This document shows positions 42,601-54,708 of a DNA stretch of 64,000 nt, one piece after another. The notes below the pieces were generated by a model. The model had not been told where the DNA came from. It was given only the letters and a program-made list of their open reading frames with translations, and did not search any database. This stretch comes from Eledone cirrhosa (lineage: Eukaryota), in NCBI GenBank assembly GCA_964016885.1, contig OZ024755.1, forward strand, positions 28,582,001 through 28,646,000, given 5' to 3'. The stretch's first letter is position 1; each line of letters opens with the position of its first letter. Position numbers and translations under genes: made by a program.

Positions 42601-42649
42601 GATTCCTGATGATTTCTAATGAATGAAACAGTTCTAGTCCTGTAGAATC
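42601..42649 (+). ncRNA. Type I hammerhead ribozyme, family C
   Basis: gauuc CUGAUGA uuucuaaugaau GAAA cag uucuaguc cug UA gaauc; GUA cleavage after 42644. Confidence 0.82.
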
Positions 42650-42662
42650 TCATCTATATTAA

Positions 42663-42736
<74 letters not shown>

Positions 42737-42767
42737 ATATATATATATATATGTGTATATATGTATG

Positions 42768-42814
<47 letters not shown>

Positions 42815-42830
42815 ATAATAAATATATATA

Positions 42831-42865
<35 letters not shown>

Positions 42866-43168
42866 TAATCTATATATATAATAATATATATATATATAAT
42901 AATATATATAATAATAATAAATATATATAATAATAATAAATATATATATATGTATGTATATATATACATATATATATATATGTATATATGAATATATATA
43001 TATATATGTATGTGTGTATATATATATATGTATATATATAAATGAATAAGTATATATATATATATATATGTGTGTGTATATATATAAATAAATATAAATA
43101 TATATATATGTATATATATATAAATGAATAAATATGTATATATATATAAATGAATAAATATATATATA

Positions 43169-44275
43169 TATATGAAGTATAAGAATCAAAGAACTGTTCA
43201 AAACATTATTGTGCTTACAGCTGTTTCCTCCAAACCGAGGTTTGGATTCTTCGGAGCAATTTATTAATGCATGGACAGTTATATGACCTCCTTTTCAGCC
43301 GAGAGACATACCAATACATATTCAAACATTGATACATATTCAAACATTGTGGGTCAACATTCATTACAGAATTTAGAGTGGCAGTACACACTTCGAGATT
43401 ACATTTATATTAATAGGTACAATCAAAAATCAAAGATATAGGTTAAAGTACAACATGAAGATAAGTGGTTATATAGTGCAAATGTTATATGTGTGGCACG
43501 CATGTGCGTCTTGTTTATATAGTGTGGCAGAGAGATATGTGTGGTAGAGGCACTTAGGTAGGTAAATAAGAGTGTTAGGTTGGTAGATCTGGTGGCAAAG
43601 TCTTTATATGATTGATATAGTCTGTGTGTGGAGAAATATTATAAGCATTAAAGATAGTGCAAGCATTAAAAGTGTTATAAGTATTGGAGATGCACAGCGC
43701 AGGGATGTCAAGTAATTCATGTACTTCGGCATTTTCATGGTCAAGGGAGTGTATATTTCGATTATATGCCTTTCACATAATCCACGACAATCCAGTTAGA
43801 GATCGTAGTCTGGTGTTCTTTAGTTCGATACAGGAGGTTGTTACGTTTCGAGAGACGCCATTGAATACCGGAAGTGTGTGTGTGGCTAAGGGGAGTTAAT
43901 GCATGCGGGGAGGTAACTCTGGGGTTTCTATATCTAGCCATTAAAATGTGTCCCAATATAGACCCTAAATTCTATGGTGAGGTGCACCTTCCAAGAGAGA
44001 CTTTTAAAGCATAAAGTGTACTAACTATAGAGTAGTTTAACTAAATTATGCTGAAGGTGATCATATTATTATTAAGGTGGATTAACCCATCTTAAGGTGC
44101 TACAAATGGAAATTATAGATGATGAGCGAGGATTCTAAATTAATGATCTCTGTGGTTGTAGTCTGCTCATATGACCAGGCGCGGTGATTGCAGGATTGCT
44201 TCAGGACCCAATGATCTCTGGTAAGATCTGGGTCATCGCTTGCTACATTGGATGTCGAAAGATAATCGTCCCCAG
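43169..44275 (-). repeat. 1107-bp inverted copy of the element's 3' UTR
   Basis: Mirror ORFs 43684-43899(+)/47789-48004(-) are identical; paired coordinates sum to 91688 at both ends, so no net indel. Confidence 0.95.
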
Positions 44276-44526
44276 CACAATAATGTTTTGAACAGTTCTT
44301 TGATTCTTATACTTCATATAACTGCTCTGTAAATCATCTGATGTTTTTACATTGAGCTACTTAACTTACTGGTAATAAGGTAGTAATACATCACTGCCTA
44401 CCACTATTTAGGGTGTGTGTAAAATACTTACAACTGCTTAAGGTTTTGTGTTTACATAACCATAAATAGTATAACTAATACTATTAACTGCTCCATATCG
44501 TTGAGCTGACATATAATATTGCCAAT

Positions 44527-46986
44527 ATGCTAATCAAAGACCAACTCCCCATGTCAACCAAGAACATACCAATACCATCCAGGAATACATATGAGAAATT
44601 GCTGATCAACAGTGTAAATTCATTTATCAATAGAGTGAGATGGAGGACATTCCATTATGATAGAAACAAATCTAACAACTTGAATAATACTAACAATTTT
44701 GACTCCTTCGGCTTTAAAACCTTTAAAAGCCCCCCTCATAACACTCTACTTAACTCCTTTGAAAATGACCTAGTTAAACTAGTTAAGAACATTAAATACA
44801 ATAAGCACCATATTAGAAGCAACACCTTCTTAAACAAACTTAACACTTCTATTAGTGGATTCAAAACTAGTAATAAAATTATTGTACACGCAGATAAAAC
44901 TAATAACATATACAGCCTAGATTATATTACTTATAGAAAGTTTATATATAAGGAACTACATAAAAGCTACAAAAAAACCACCTTGAAAAACTTAGAAGAT
45001 ATTAATGTAGAGGGTTATAATATAGTGTCTAAACTAGGACTACAGAGGCATACACAACCTTTCACTCCGAACCCCCCTAGATTCTCTCTGAAGGACCATA
45101 AGGAGAACTTCATCAGCAACCCCACGATAAGACTTATCTGCCCTTCCAAGTCCGACATTGGTATTATCAGCAAGAAGATTTTGGATAAAATCATCCCACA
45201 AATTAAACACAAGATACACCTTAAACAATGGGGAAATACGGGTGAAGTAATTGAATGGTTTAAGGATATCAAGAATAATAAGAACAAAAAATTTATTCAA
45301 TTTGATATCAATTCATACTACACCTCTATTTCCCCTATCCTATTAAATAAGGCACTTATCATGGCCATGACCAATAGCGACCTGACTAGAGCCCAGGTTG
45401 ATGTCATCCTTGCGGCCCGTAAAACCATAATCACCTTCGAGGACCAACTATGGACACGCAAGGATACGCACAACAACTTCGACATAACCATGGGATCTAG
45501 TGACTCGGCGCAGGTCACTGATTTGGTCGGCCTATACCTCCTCAATGAAATCCATAAAGACCTCCCTTACCTCAACGGTGGTTTGTACCGCGATGATGCA
45601 CTTCTACTCATAGAATATAAAAAATTTAATATAGAAAGAACTAGAAAACAACTGCATAAGACATTCAAAAACTTTAACCTTAGTATCACCATGGACAAAA
45701 ACACTAAAAATGTTAACTTCCTAGACGCCACACTATACCTAGACTCAAAAATATATACACCTTTCCATAAGCCTAATGAGAAACTTATTTACGTAGATAC
45801 CAAGTCTAATCACCCTAGATCAATATTAAACTCTATCTCTAAGGGGGTGTCCAATAGAATCACTAGTCTGTCCTATGACGCAAACATATTTAGCAAAAAC
45901 TCACAATATTACAATCAAGCATTAGCTAGCTCCGGCCATAATATAGAAATAGAGTTCCTACCTAAGAAAACACATAGCTACAACATCATCTCGCACAACA
46001 TGTCCATGAGGAAATCTAATAATAGGAATAGCAACCACAAGTACACCAAAGCGGAGGGTGCCACCGGAAGTAACCATTACCATGGAAACTACTGTGAGGC
46101 CTTAGGAGGAAGCAACACACCAAACACTAAAAGCAAAAATAGAAGAAGAAATAATACATTTTTCAACCCTCCTTTCAACCTAAATGTCTCCACCAACATA
46201 CCTAGGGCTTTCTTCTCACTACTAGATAAAAACTTCCCTCTAGGACACAAGTACCACAACCTCTTAAACAAAAACACCATTAAAATCTCATACTCTACGA
46301 CGCCTAACTTAACATACCACATAGCTAGCAGCAATAATAGTAAAATTAGTTCTTACTTCCAACAAACAAAATCACAACGGGATGCAAACCCTCTAAATAC
46401 CACTGTAGCAAGCAACAATAGCAACGGCAGTAACAATAGAAATAGCACTAGTATAAGTAATAACACCAGGGTTGTCAACCTGAACACCCAAAATCCTATA
46501 TCCACCACACAGACTTCCGCATTGCATTATAACCAGCGGACTAACGCACAGAATAATTGTAACTGTAGAGCTAATAGAACCTGCCCTTTAGATAAAAAAT
46601 GCCTAACCAAGGATGTCATATACTCATGCACAGTCACGACTAATAACTCTTCAGAAACCTATGTAGGCTCCAGTTCTAACTGCTTCAAAATTAGATATAA
46701 CTCGCACATCCACTCGTTCAAAAAGCACAGCCTAGCCAACTCCACCTCACTTTCTAGCTACATACACTATCTAAAATCTAAAAATAAACCATACACACTC
46801 AAATGGGAAGTGATAGGCAGCGCGACCTCGTACAAACCACCTAATAAATTCTGTAACCTCTGTATACTAGAGACACACAATATTATCTTCTCCAACCGTA
46901 ACCTACTTAACAAAAAATCTGAGGTGTTTGCAACTTGCCAGCACCGCCTCAGACATTCCTTCCAAAACTTTAAGCCCTATATATAG
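44527..46986 (+). CDS. PLE polyprotein: reverse transcriptase plus C-terminal GIY-YIG endonuclease (819 aa)
   Basis: N-term STKNIPIP..FINRVRW; ADKTNN; LKDHK; FIQFDINSYYTSI; MGSSDSAQVTDLVG; GLYRDD; FFNPPF; CNCR..CPLDKKCL; VIYSC..YVGSS; CNLC..E; LLNKKSE..CQH. Confidence 0.96.
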   Translation: MLIKDQLPMSTKNIPIPSRNTYEKLLINSVNSFINRVRWRTFHYDRNKSNNLNNTNNFDSFGFKTFKSPPHNTLLNSFENDLVKLVKNIKYNKHHIRSNTFLNKLNTSISGFKTSNKIIVHADKTNNIYSLDYITYRKFIYKELHKSYKKTTLKNLEDINVEGYNIVSKLGLQRHTQPFTPNPPRFSLKDHKENFISNPTIRLICPSKSDIGIISKKILDKIIPQIKHKIHLKQWGNTGEVIEWFKDIKNNKNKKFIQFDINSYYTSISPILLNKALIMAMTNSDLTRAQVDVILAARKTIITFEDQLWTRKDTHNNFDITMGSSDSAQVTDLVGLYLLNEIHKDLPYLNGGLYRDDALLLIEYKKFNIERTRKQLHKTFKNFNLSITMDKNTKNVNFLDATLYLDSKIYTPFHKPNEKLIYVDTKSNHPRSILNSISKGVSNRITSLSYDANIFSKNSQYYNQALASSGHNIEIEFLPKKTHSYNIISHNMSMRKSNNRNSNHKYTKAEGATGSNHYHGNYCEALGGSNTPNTKSKNRRRNNTFFNPPFNLNVSTNIPRAFFSLLDKNFPLGHKYHNLLNKNTIKISYSTTPNLTYHIASSNNSKISSYFQQTKSQRDANPLNTTVASNNSNGSNNRNSTSISNNTRVVNLNTQNPISTTQTSALHYNQRTNAQNNCNCRANRTCPLDKKCLTKDVIYSCTVTTNNSSETYVGSSSNCFKIRYNSHIHSFKKHSLANSTSLSSYIHYLKSKNKPYTLKWEVIGSATSYKPPNKFCNLCILETHNIIFSNRNLLNKKSEVFATCQHRLRHSFQNFKPYI

Positions 46987-48429
46987 CAATGTCGGACTGG
47001 AACCTAACACCACATCTAGCATCAAACACCAGAGACACACCCTATACTACATACCCAACACTAGCTGATCCATTATAACACAAACAACGACATCCCTCTG
47101 GAACCCTTCGCAGGGAAAATACCCATTTATACCTCTACGGCAGGTGTGACAACATCCACCCACCTGGACGGCACTACACCGCTCTAAGGGTAATTTGAGC
47201 ATGAATTGATCGGTTGGATGGTGTTGGGCAGAGGAAACACCTTCCTTAGACAGATGTAAAATGATTTAATCGAGTAGCGCTGTTGACCAGTAGGACCGGG
47301 CTGCTGAGCGCAATGAGTGAATGCAATGCAACTGCCGTGCGGGTTGTACGTATATGGATGATCTGACGGTCAGAGAGGGGTCGCGAGGACTGCGGATTGA
47401 CCTTTGGCCTGCCTGGGGACGATTATCTTTCGACATCCAATGTAGCAAGCGATGACCCAGATCTTACCAGAGATCATTGGGTCCTGAAGCAATCCTGCAA
47501 TCACCGCGCCTGGTCATATGAGCAGACTACAACCACAGAGATCATTAATTTAGAATCCTCGCTCATCATCTATAATTTCCATTTGTAGCACCTTAAGATG
47601 GGTTAATCCACCTTAATAATAATATGATCACCTTCAGCATAATTTAGTTAAACTACTCTATAGTTAGTACACTTTATGCTTTAAAAGTCTCTCTTGGAAG
47701 GTGCACCTCACCATAGAATTTAGGGTCTATATTGGGACACATTTTAATGGCTAGATATAGAAACCCCAGAGTTACCTCCCCGCATGCATTAACTCCCCTT
47801 AGCCACACACACACTTCCGGTATTCAATGGCGTCTCTCGAAACGTAACAACCTCCTGTATCGAACTAAAGAACACCAGACTACGATCTCTAACTGGATTG
47901 TCGTGGATTATGTGAAAGGCATATAATCGAAATATACACTCCCTTGACCATGAAAATGCCGAAGTACATGAATTACTTGACATCCCTGCGCTGTGCATCT
48001 CCAATACTTATAACACTTTTAATGCTTGCACTATCTTTAATGCTTATAATATTTCTCCACACACAGACTATATCAATCATATAAAGACTTTGCCACCAGA
48101 TCTACCAACCTAACACTCTTATTTACCTACCTAAGTGCCTCTACCACACATATCTCTCTGCCACACTATATAAACAAGACGCACATGCGTGCCACACATA
48201 TAACATTTGCACTATATAACCACTTATCTTCATGTTGTACTTTAACCTATATCTTTGATTTTTGATTGTACCTATTAATATAAATGTAATCTCGAAGTGT
48301 GTACTGCCACTCTAAATTCTGTAATGAATGTTGACCCACAATGTTTGAATATGTATCAATGTTTGAATATGTATTGGTATGTCTCTCGGCTGAAAAGGAG
48401 GTCATATAACTGTCCATGCATTAATAAAT

Positions 48430-48476
48430 TGCTCCGAAGAATCCAAACCTCGGTTTGGAGGAAACAGCTGTAAGCA
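48430..48476 (+). ncRNA. Minimal type I hammerhead of the PLE, variant core CCGAAGA
   Basis: ugcu CCGAAGA a-uccaaacc-uc-gguuugga-g GAAA cagcug UA agca; palindromic CAGCUG; mirror copy 43212-43258 (-). Confidence 0.8.
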
Positions 48477-48683
48477 CAATAATGTTTTGAACAGTTCTTT
48501 GATTCTTATACTTCATATAACTGCTCTGTAAATCATCTGATGTTTTTACATTGAGCTACTTAACTTACTGGTAATAAGGTAGTAATACATCACTGCCTAC
48601 CACTATTTAGGGTGTGTGTAAAATACTTACAACTGCTTAAGGTTTTGTGTTTACATAACCATAAATAGTATAACTAATACTAT
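48473..48683 (+). repeat. 3' copy of the 211-bp pseudo-LTR
   Basis: Matches 44274-44484 (offset 4199). Confidence 0.95.
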
Positions 48684-48777
48684 ATATATATATGTATATA
48701 TATATATAAATGAATATATATATATGTATATATATATATAAATGAATAAATATATATGTATATATATATATAAATGA

Positions 48778-48838
<61 letters not shown>

Positions 48839-48933
48839 TATATATATATATATATATATATTCATATATATATATATATATATATATTCATATATATATA
48901 AATGAATAAATATATATATATATATATAAATGA

Positions 48934-49049
<116 letters not shown>

Positions 49050-49110
49050 ATATATGTATGTATATATATATATATACATACATATATATATATATATATA
49101 ATAATAATAA

Positions 49111-49151
<41 letters not shown>

Positions 49152-49412
49152 ATCTATATATATATATATAATAATATATATAATAATAATAAATATATAT
49201 ATATGTATGTATATACATACATATATATATATGTATATATGAATATATATATATATATATGTATGTGTGTATATATATATATGTATATATATAAATGAAT
49301 AAGTATATATATATATATATATATGTGTGTGTATATATATAAATAAATATAAATATATATATATGTATATATATATAAATGAATAAATATGTATATATAT
49401 ATAAATGAATAA

Positions 49413-49447
<35 letters not shown>

Positions 49448-49514
49448 AATGAATATATATATGTATATATATATATAAATGAATAAATATATATGTATAT
49501 ATATATATAAATGA

Positions 49515-49613
<99 letters not shown>

Positions 49614-49646
49614 AATGAATAAATATACATATATATATATAAATGA

Positions 49647-49713
<67 letters not shown>

Positions 49714-49744
49714 AATGAATAAATATATATATATATATATAATC

Positions 49745-49937
49745 CGTTTTTTCCCGTTCTTTGCCAGCGAACGTTACCACGAACCAAAGTATCGTCTTCC
49801 TGTCTTCCTCCGGTTGCAACTTCTTTTGAAATATCCAGTTCTGCGGTTACAGATTGACTTTGTTAGTTTCAGAAGATCCCGTTAAGGGTGAAAGCAGCGA
49901 TTCTTTGCTTAAACTTTAATCTGTTATTTTAATAAAT
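49745..49937 (+). mobile_element. Solo 3' end of the second PLE family, with HHR at 49865-49915
   Basis: Matches 30670-30861; (TA)n flanks. Confidence 0.8.
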
Positions 49938-49990
49938 ATATATATATATATGTATATAAATATATAAATGAATAAATATATATATATATT

Positions 49991-50024
<34 letters not shown>

Positions 50025-50125
50025 AATATTTATATATATATGTATTTATATACATATATATATATATTTATATATATATATTTATATACATTTATATATA
50101 TATTTATATATATATATTTATATAC

Positions 50126-50179
<54 letters not shown>

Positions 50180-50206
50180 TTATATATATATATATTTATA
50201 TATATT

Positions 50207-50335
<129 letters not shown>

Positions 50336-50460
50336 ATATATATTATGTAGGTGGTTCAATGATTTACTGGTGGTGATACCAAAGCAATCAGTCTGAGCCG
50401 TGGCAGAGTGTATTAGAAATAAAAACATGGAAGTTCCGTTTAAAATATAATTTTTGTTAC

Positions 50461-50559
50461 ATCGCCAGTCTGAAGAGCAGATCGATAGTGGACTTGTGTC
50501 CATATCACCCGTGTGTGACCTTGAGCCGATCGATTGCGAAACGTGCGTAACAGGTCGAT
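50461..50559 (+). ncRNA. Type I hammerhead with enlarged branched stem II
   Basis: ccagu CUGAAGA gca(g)aucgau...aucgauugc GAAA cgugcg UA acagg; internal hairpins uggac/gucca and ucac/guga; lies in a ~270-bp island between TA tracts. Confidence 0.75.
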
Positions 50560-50626
50560 ACACAATAAATATATGTTTTATATGAAAATGAAACTTCCTC
50601 GTTTTTTCTAATATATATATATATAT

Positions 50627-50765
50627 ATAGGAAAAAGTATGTCCCCGACGGCAGAGCTCACGCCGTTTCAACGGCTATTTCTGGACTATTACCCACTCTA
50701 CTACCCAAAGTATTGAGTAATCTAGGGCGTTATGGTCCATCTGGCTCCTTACGACGTCTCCTTCG

Positions 50766-50768
<3 letters not shown>
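50627..50768. mobile_element. Family A element (left arm plus tail)
   Basis: ataggaaaaagtatgtccccgacggcagagctc...ctattacccactctactacc...ccttcgtta. Confidence 0.75.
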
Positions 50769-50837
<69 letters not shown>

Positions 50838-50948
50838 GTATGTATGGATGTATTTATGTGTATACATGTATGTATGTATTTATGTATATATGCATATATA
50901 TATGTATAAATATATATATATATGTATATATATATATATGTATATATG

Positions 50949-50979
<31 letters not shown>

Positions 50980-51016
50980 GTATATATATATGTATATATA
51001 TATATATGTATATATG

Positions 51017-51047
<31 letters not shown>

Positions 51048-51072
51048 GTACATATATATATGTATACATATA

Positions 51073-51103
<31 letters not shown>

Positions 51104-51178
51104 CTATATATATATTTATATGTATATATATATATATATATACGTATATATATATGTATATATGTATATATGTATATG

Positions 51179-51209
<31 letters not shown>

Positions 51210-52167
51210 GTATATATATGTATATATATATATATATGCATATATATATATATGTGTATATATGTGTGTATATATATAAACGTGTGTGTGTTTGTGTTTG
51301 TATAAGGGAGAGGCTAGAAAAAAAAAACAGTGATGCGGAAAAATCCAAAATGGTGGATGTTTAAAAAAAAAATGAAACTGAAAGATAATAGATAAAAAAA
51401 ATGGCGTGGGTGGTGATTACCATGTCGAAGTGGCTTCATAGCAGGATGTAGATATACACTTCAAACAGTTGATATAGAAATGTTGGAACGAGTTAATTGC
51501 TGCGTTGAGGCATAAACTAATACCACATGAAATATAGAAATATTTGAACAACACTACGTACCAGACGTCAATAGACTATAGAATCTTTTTATTTTAAATC
51601 CCCCAGACTGTATAAAATGGTATTATATTTAAAGGAGAATAACAAAATAACAAAGTCACGCTCGATGTTTTCAGCAATCATTCTTCGGTTTTATTCTTAG
51701 CTTTCATAAGTTTGTTTAACTATTTACCACTTTAAGCTGAACAACAACAAACCACAATACCGCAAAACATGCTGCAACATTTGTGTCTACAACCCAACGA
51801 GGGACTGGCTTACCAACCAAATCGTTTGTCTTAAGAACGCTGATGACTCACTAGGAGACAAGAGCCCGGGAGCTTTAGACATGAAATAATTTTAGTTATA
51901 GGCCTTCTCATTCTGAGATAACCTAGGCTTAAGTCATAAATAACAATAACAACAGTACTTACAATCTATCAAGTGAACTAATATACTAACCTCCAACCTG
52001 TTTGATATTACAGTCAAATCTTTCTCAAATGCCATAAGGATTCCATTCTGTAAGTTACTACTAGGTACAGTATGAGAAAAATAAATAAAATGGCGTTGTA
52101 GTCATTAATCTTTCACCTTTAGTCATAGGTTGGTCTACTTAATTAGGATCAGCATGCCACTAAATAA

Positions 52168-52356
52168 TAATTGTTTCTACTTTTGGCACAAGGCCAGCAA
52201 TTATGCCAGTGTATTACTGGTACTTTATTTTATCGACCCCGTAAGGATTAAAGGCAAAGTTAACCTCGACAGGATTTGAACTCAGACCATAAAGGGCTGT
52301 AACTCTTTGCTGCAAAGCATGGCGTCCGATCCTCTACCGATACTGCCAATCCACCG
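52168..52356 (-). mobile_element. tRNA-derived SINE (Meta-like)
   Basis: Reverse complement of the 30480 family. Confidence 0.87.
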
Positions 52357-52954
52357 CAATAATGTCTTTCATTTTTGATATTCACTCCGTGCTGTAGTTA
52401 ACATCCTTGGATAGTTACAAAATCGGGGTTTCAATAAATAAGCGTCGTTAATCTCTTGTTTTCTCCTTCTCTACTTAGGGACGATAGAAATAATTTACCT
52501 CGCAATTTTTCGTAGCACAACATGTCGATTTAAAAAAAAAAAAAAAAAAAATAGAACGAAAAAGAAAGAGATAGGGATGGAAGAAGGGATTTCATTACTA
52601 GACTGGTCTATAAAAAATATATATGGAACTCAGATATGTTAAAGAAACAGTATACCTAAAATACATTTCAGCTCACTGAGAGCTGGAAAACAGCAATGTT
52701 ATCACCCCCAATACTAAAGAATATATTTTTTAAAAACCTAACAAGACTATAATGCTAGATCATGGAGAATGGCATGAGAGAAAGAGGAGAACATCTGCCG
52801 AAAATGGATCAAGCCCAAATGCTTACAACAGGGTTGTCTCTTCTAATGTTTTCCACGGGCATGATAGTGGTATTATAATAGCTGACACATTAAGTCTAAA
52901 ACCCTGGTAATTCACAGTGGAGCATTTCCTCACGTTGAATACAAATGGCTCAAG

Positions 52955-53445
52955 TACGAGTGTCGGCTGATATGTCCACAAGCTGACCAAGATACTTTCA
53001 TGGAATGTGAACAAGTGAGGTTCATTGTTCGACATAGTTCCCCTTTGGGCTCCCAACATATCTTCCATCGGTGATGCAGTGCTATTTAGTCGAATAGGGA
53101 CGATGATCCACCAGATCAAACCAGTTATGCACAGAAACCATTGAAACCAATGACTTGTGTGCTGGAGTATTGTTCTAAGGAAACAAGACCTATTTCTTCA
53201 GGTTTATTGTGCTTTCGTGCTTGATAGCCTTGATAGCAAGTTGGCATAATACTCTCCCTTGAGTATGTGACTCTTCTGCTGATAGTCAATAAACAAAATG
53301 CCTTTTTGCATCCCAAGAAGCTCTGGTCATGTTCTTCCTGGAGATGAAATGACCTTGGCCTTCGTGGAAGCAGGGGAGGAGGGGTGTTTCCAATGCCTAG
53401 ATTGTCTCTTTATCTCTGGCTCAAAGTGATGAACCCAACACTCAT
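52955..53445 (-). mobile_element. Mariner transposon remnant
   Basis: Minus translation ECWVHHFEPEIKRQSRHWKH..KAKVISS..WDAK.ILFIDY..GEYYANLL..NTPAHKS..DLVDHRPYS; TIR-like tacgagtgtcggctga at 52955. Confidence 0.88.
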
Positions 53446-53618
53446 TCTGGCCTAGTTTGCATGCAAAGAAATGAAGTGGTTATTAATAAGAACCATTGAA
53501 ATTAATGCATGCAACATTTCACAGCTATCGCCTCATTCACTCATAATCAACCTATGAACTTCTCATCCCACCCTCAAACCAAATTGCAAGATATGACAGA
53601 TTCACCATTACAACCAAT

Positions 53619-53670
<52 letters not shown>

Positions 53671-53694
53671 ATATATATATATATATATATATAC

Positions 53695-53934
53695 AACGAA
53701 GGAGTTGTGGTAAGGAACAAGGTGGACCATAACGCACCAGAGTACTCAATACTTAAGGTAGTAAAGTGGGTAATATGTAGATTTAAAACTGCACTATTCA
53801 CAAGTGTGTTTTAACCTTCATATCATGTCTCCCTATTTTATCTGACGAAAACGCAAATGTTATTGCATGATGATATTTGTTTTTGAAATGCGCATAATAA
53901 AATAGATGGAACTCTTTTAACCATCTTTTGATCT

Positions 53935-53941
<7 letters not shown>
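53695..53941. mobile_element. Chimeric insertion: inverted family A tail plus family B body with HHR
   Basis: 53695-53775 is the reverse complement of the family A tail; 53779-53941 is the family B body (CTGACGA at 53842). Confidence 0.8.
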
Positions 53942-54000
<59 letters not shown>

Positions 54001-54677
54001 CTCTTCTACCTGTTCCAGCCATCCGGCTGAAGTCATGCTGGGTCACCGTCATATATATATTACTTATCGACTGCAGGAAGATGAAAGGCAAATTTGATCA
54101 GAAATTGATTAAAACACAAATATATATATATATAAAATGTAAACAGAAATAACAACACAATCGGTACAGTATAGGGAAGGAATATATTAGATTAACACTT
54201 AGAAGCTGAAATAGGCATCTAATTCGACGGATATAGAAGAAAGTAAAACGAAAGTTAAAGTGGTTTTTGAATCAGTATATATTTTGAGCTTTATAGTTTT
54301 ATTTGCCATTATGTTAATATTTATGATATTATATTAAAGATTTTCACTCATAGATGTTTTATGGGTCTTTTTATCGAGTTATTTGGAAAATAACGTCGTT
54401 GTTTACATGGTTCTAACTGTTCAAAACCAGGTTGACTGTGTCTATGACAATTGCTACTGAGATGGGAGACGAGGTTTGAGAAAATACCATTATTTATTCT
54501 GGTTTTCTGCACACTAACTTTAAATTCAACTAAAGGCAACCTTGCCTTTCATCTCTACCGATTCAATAAAGTACCAGACTACTACTGGAGCTAGCTGGTT
54601 CTTCTTCTTCTGCTTCATTTTCATTTTCATTTTCGTCTTTTTCTTTTTCTTTTTCTTTTTCTTTTTCGTTTTTTTCG

Positions 54678-54708
<31 letters not shown>

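Larger units (their letters stand above)
43169..48683 (+). mobile_element. Full-length Penelope-like retroelement (Naiad-type) with pLTR and 5' inverted duplication, in (TA)n
   Basis: Intact ORF; direct repeat 44274-44484 = 48473-48683; inverted repeat 43169-44275 vs 47413-48519; TA tracts on both sides. Confidence 0.95.

Noticed and set aside
44527-46986. Selenoprotein-type Naiad or telomerase/group II intron RT
   Set aside because: No in-frame TGA; the C-terminal GIY-YIG and pLTR identify a PLE
43684-48004. Small mirrored ORFs (71 aa, 64 aa)
   Set aside because: Non-ATG starts, no recognisable motifs; identity comes from the inverted duplication
43169-48519. DNA transposon with 1.1-kb TIRs
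   Set aside because: The ORF is RT/GIY-YIG, not a transposase; the right arm is not terminal; the structure is typical of PLE inversion
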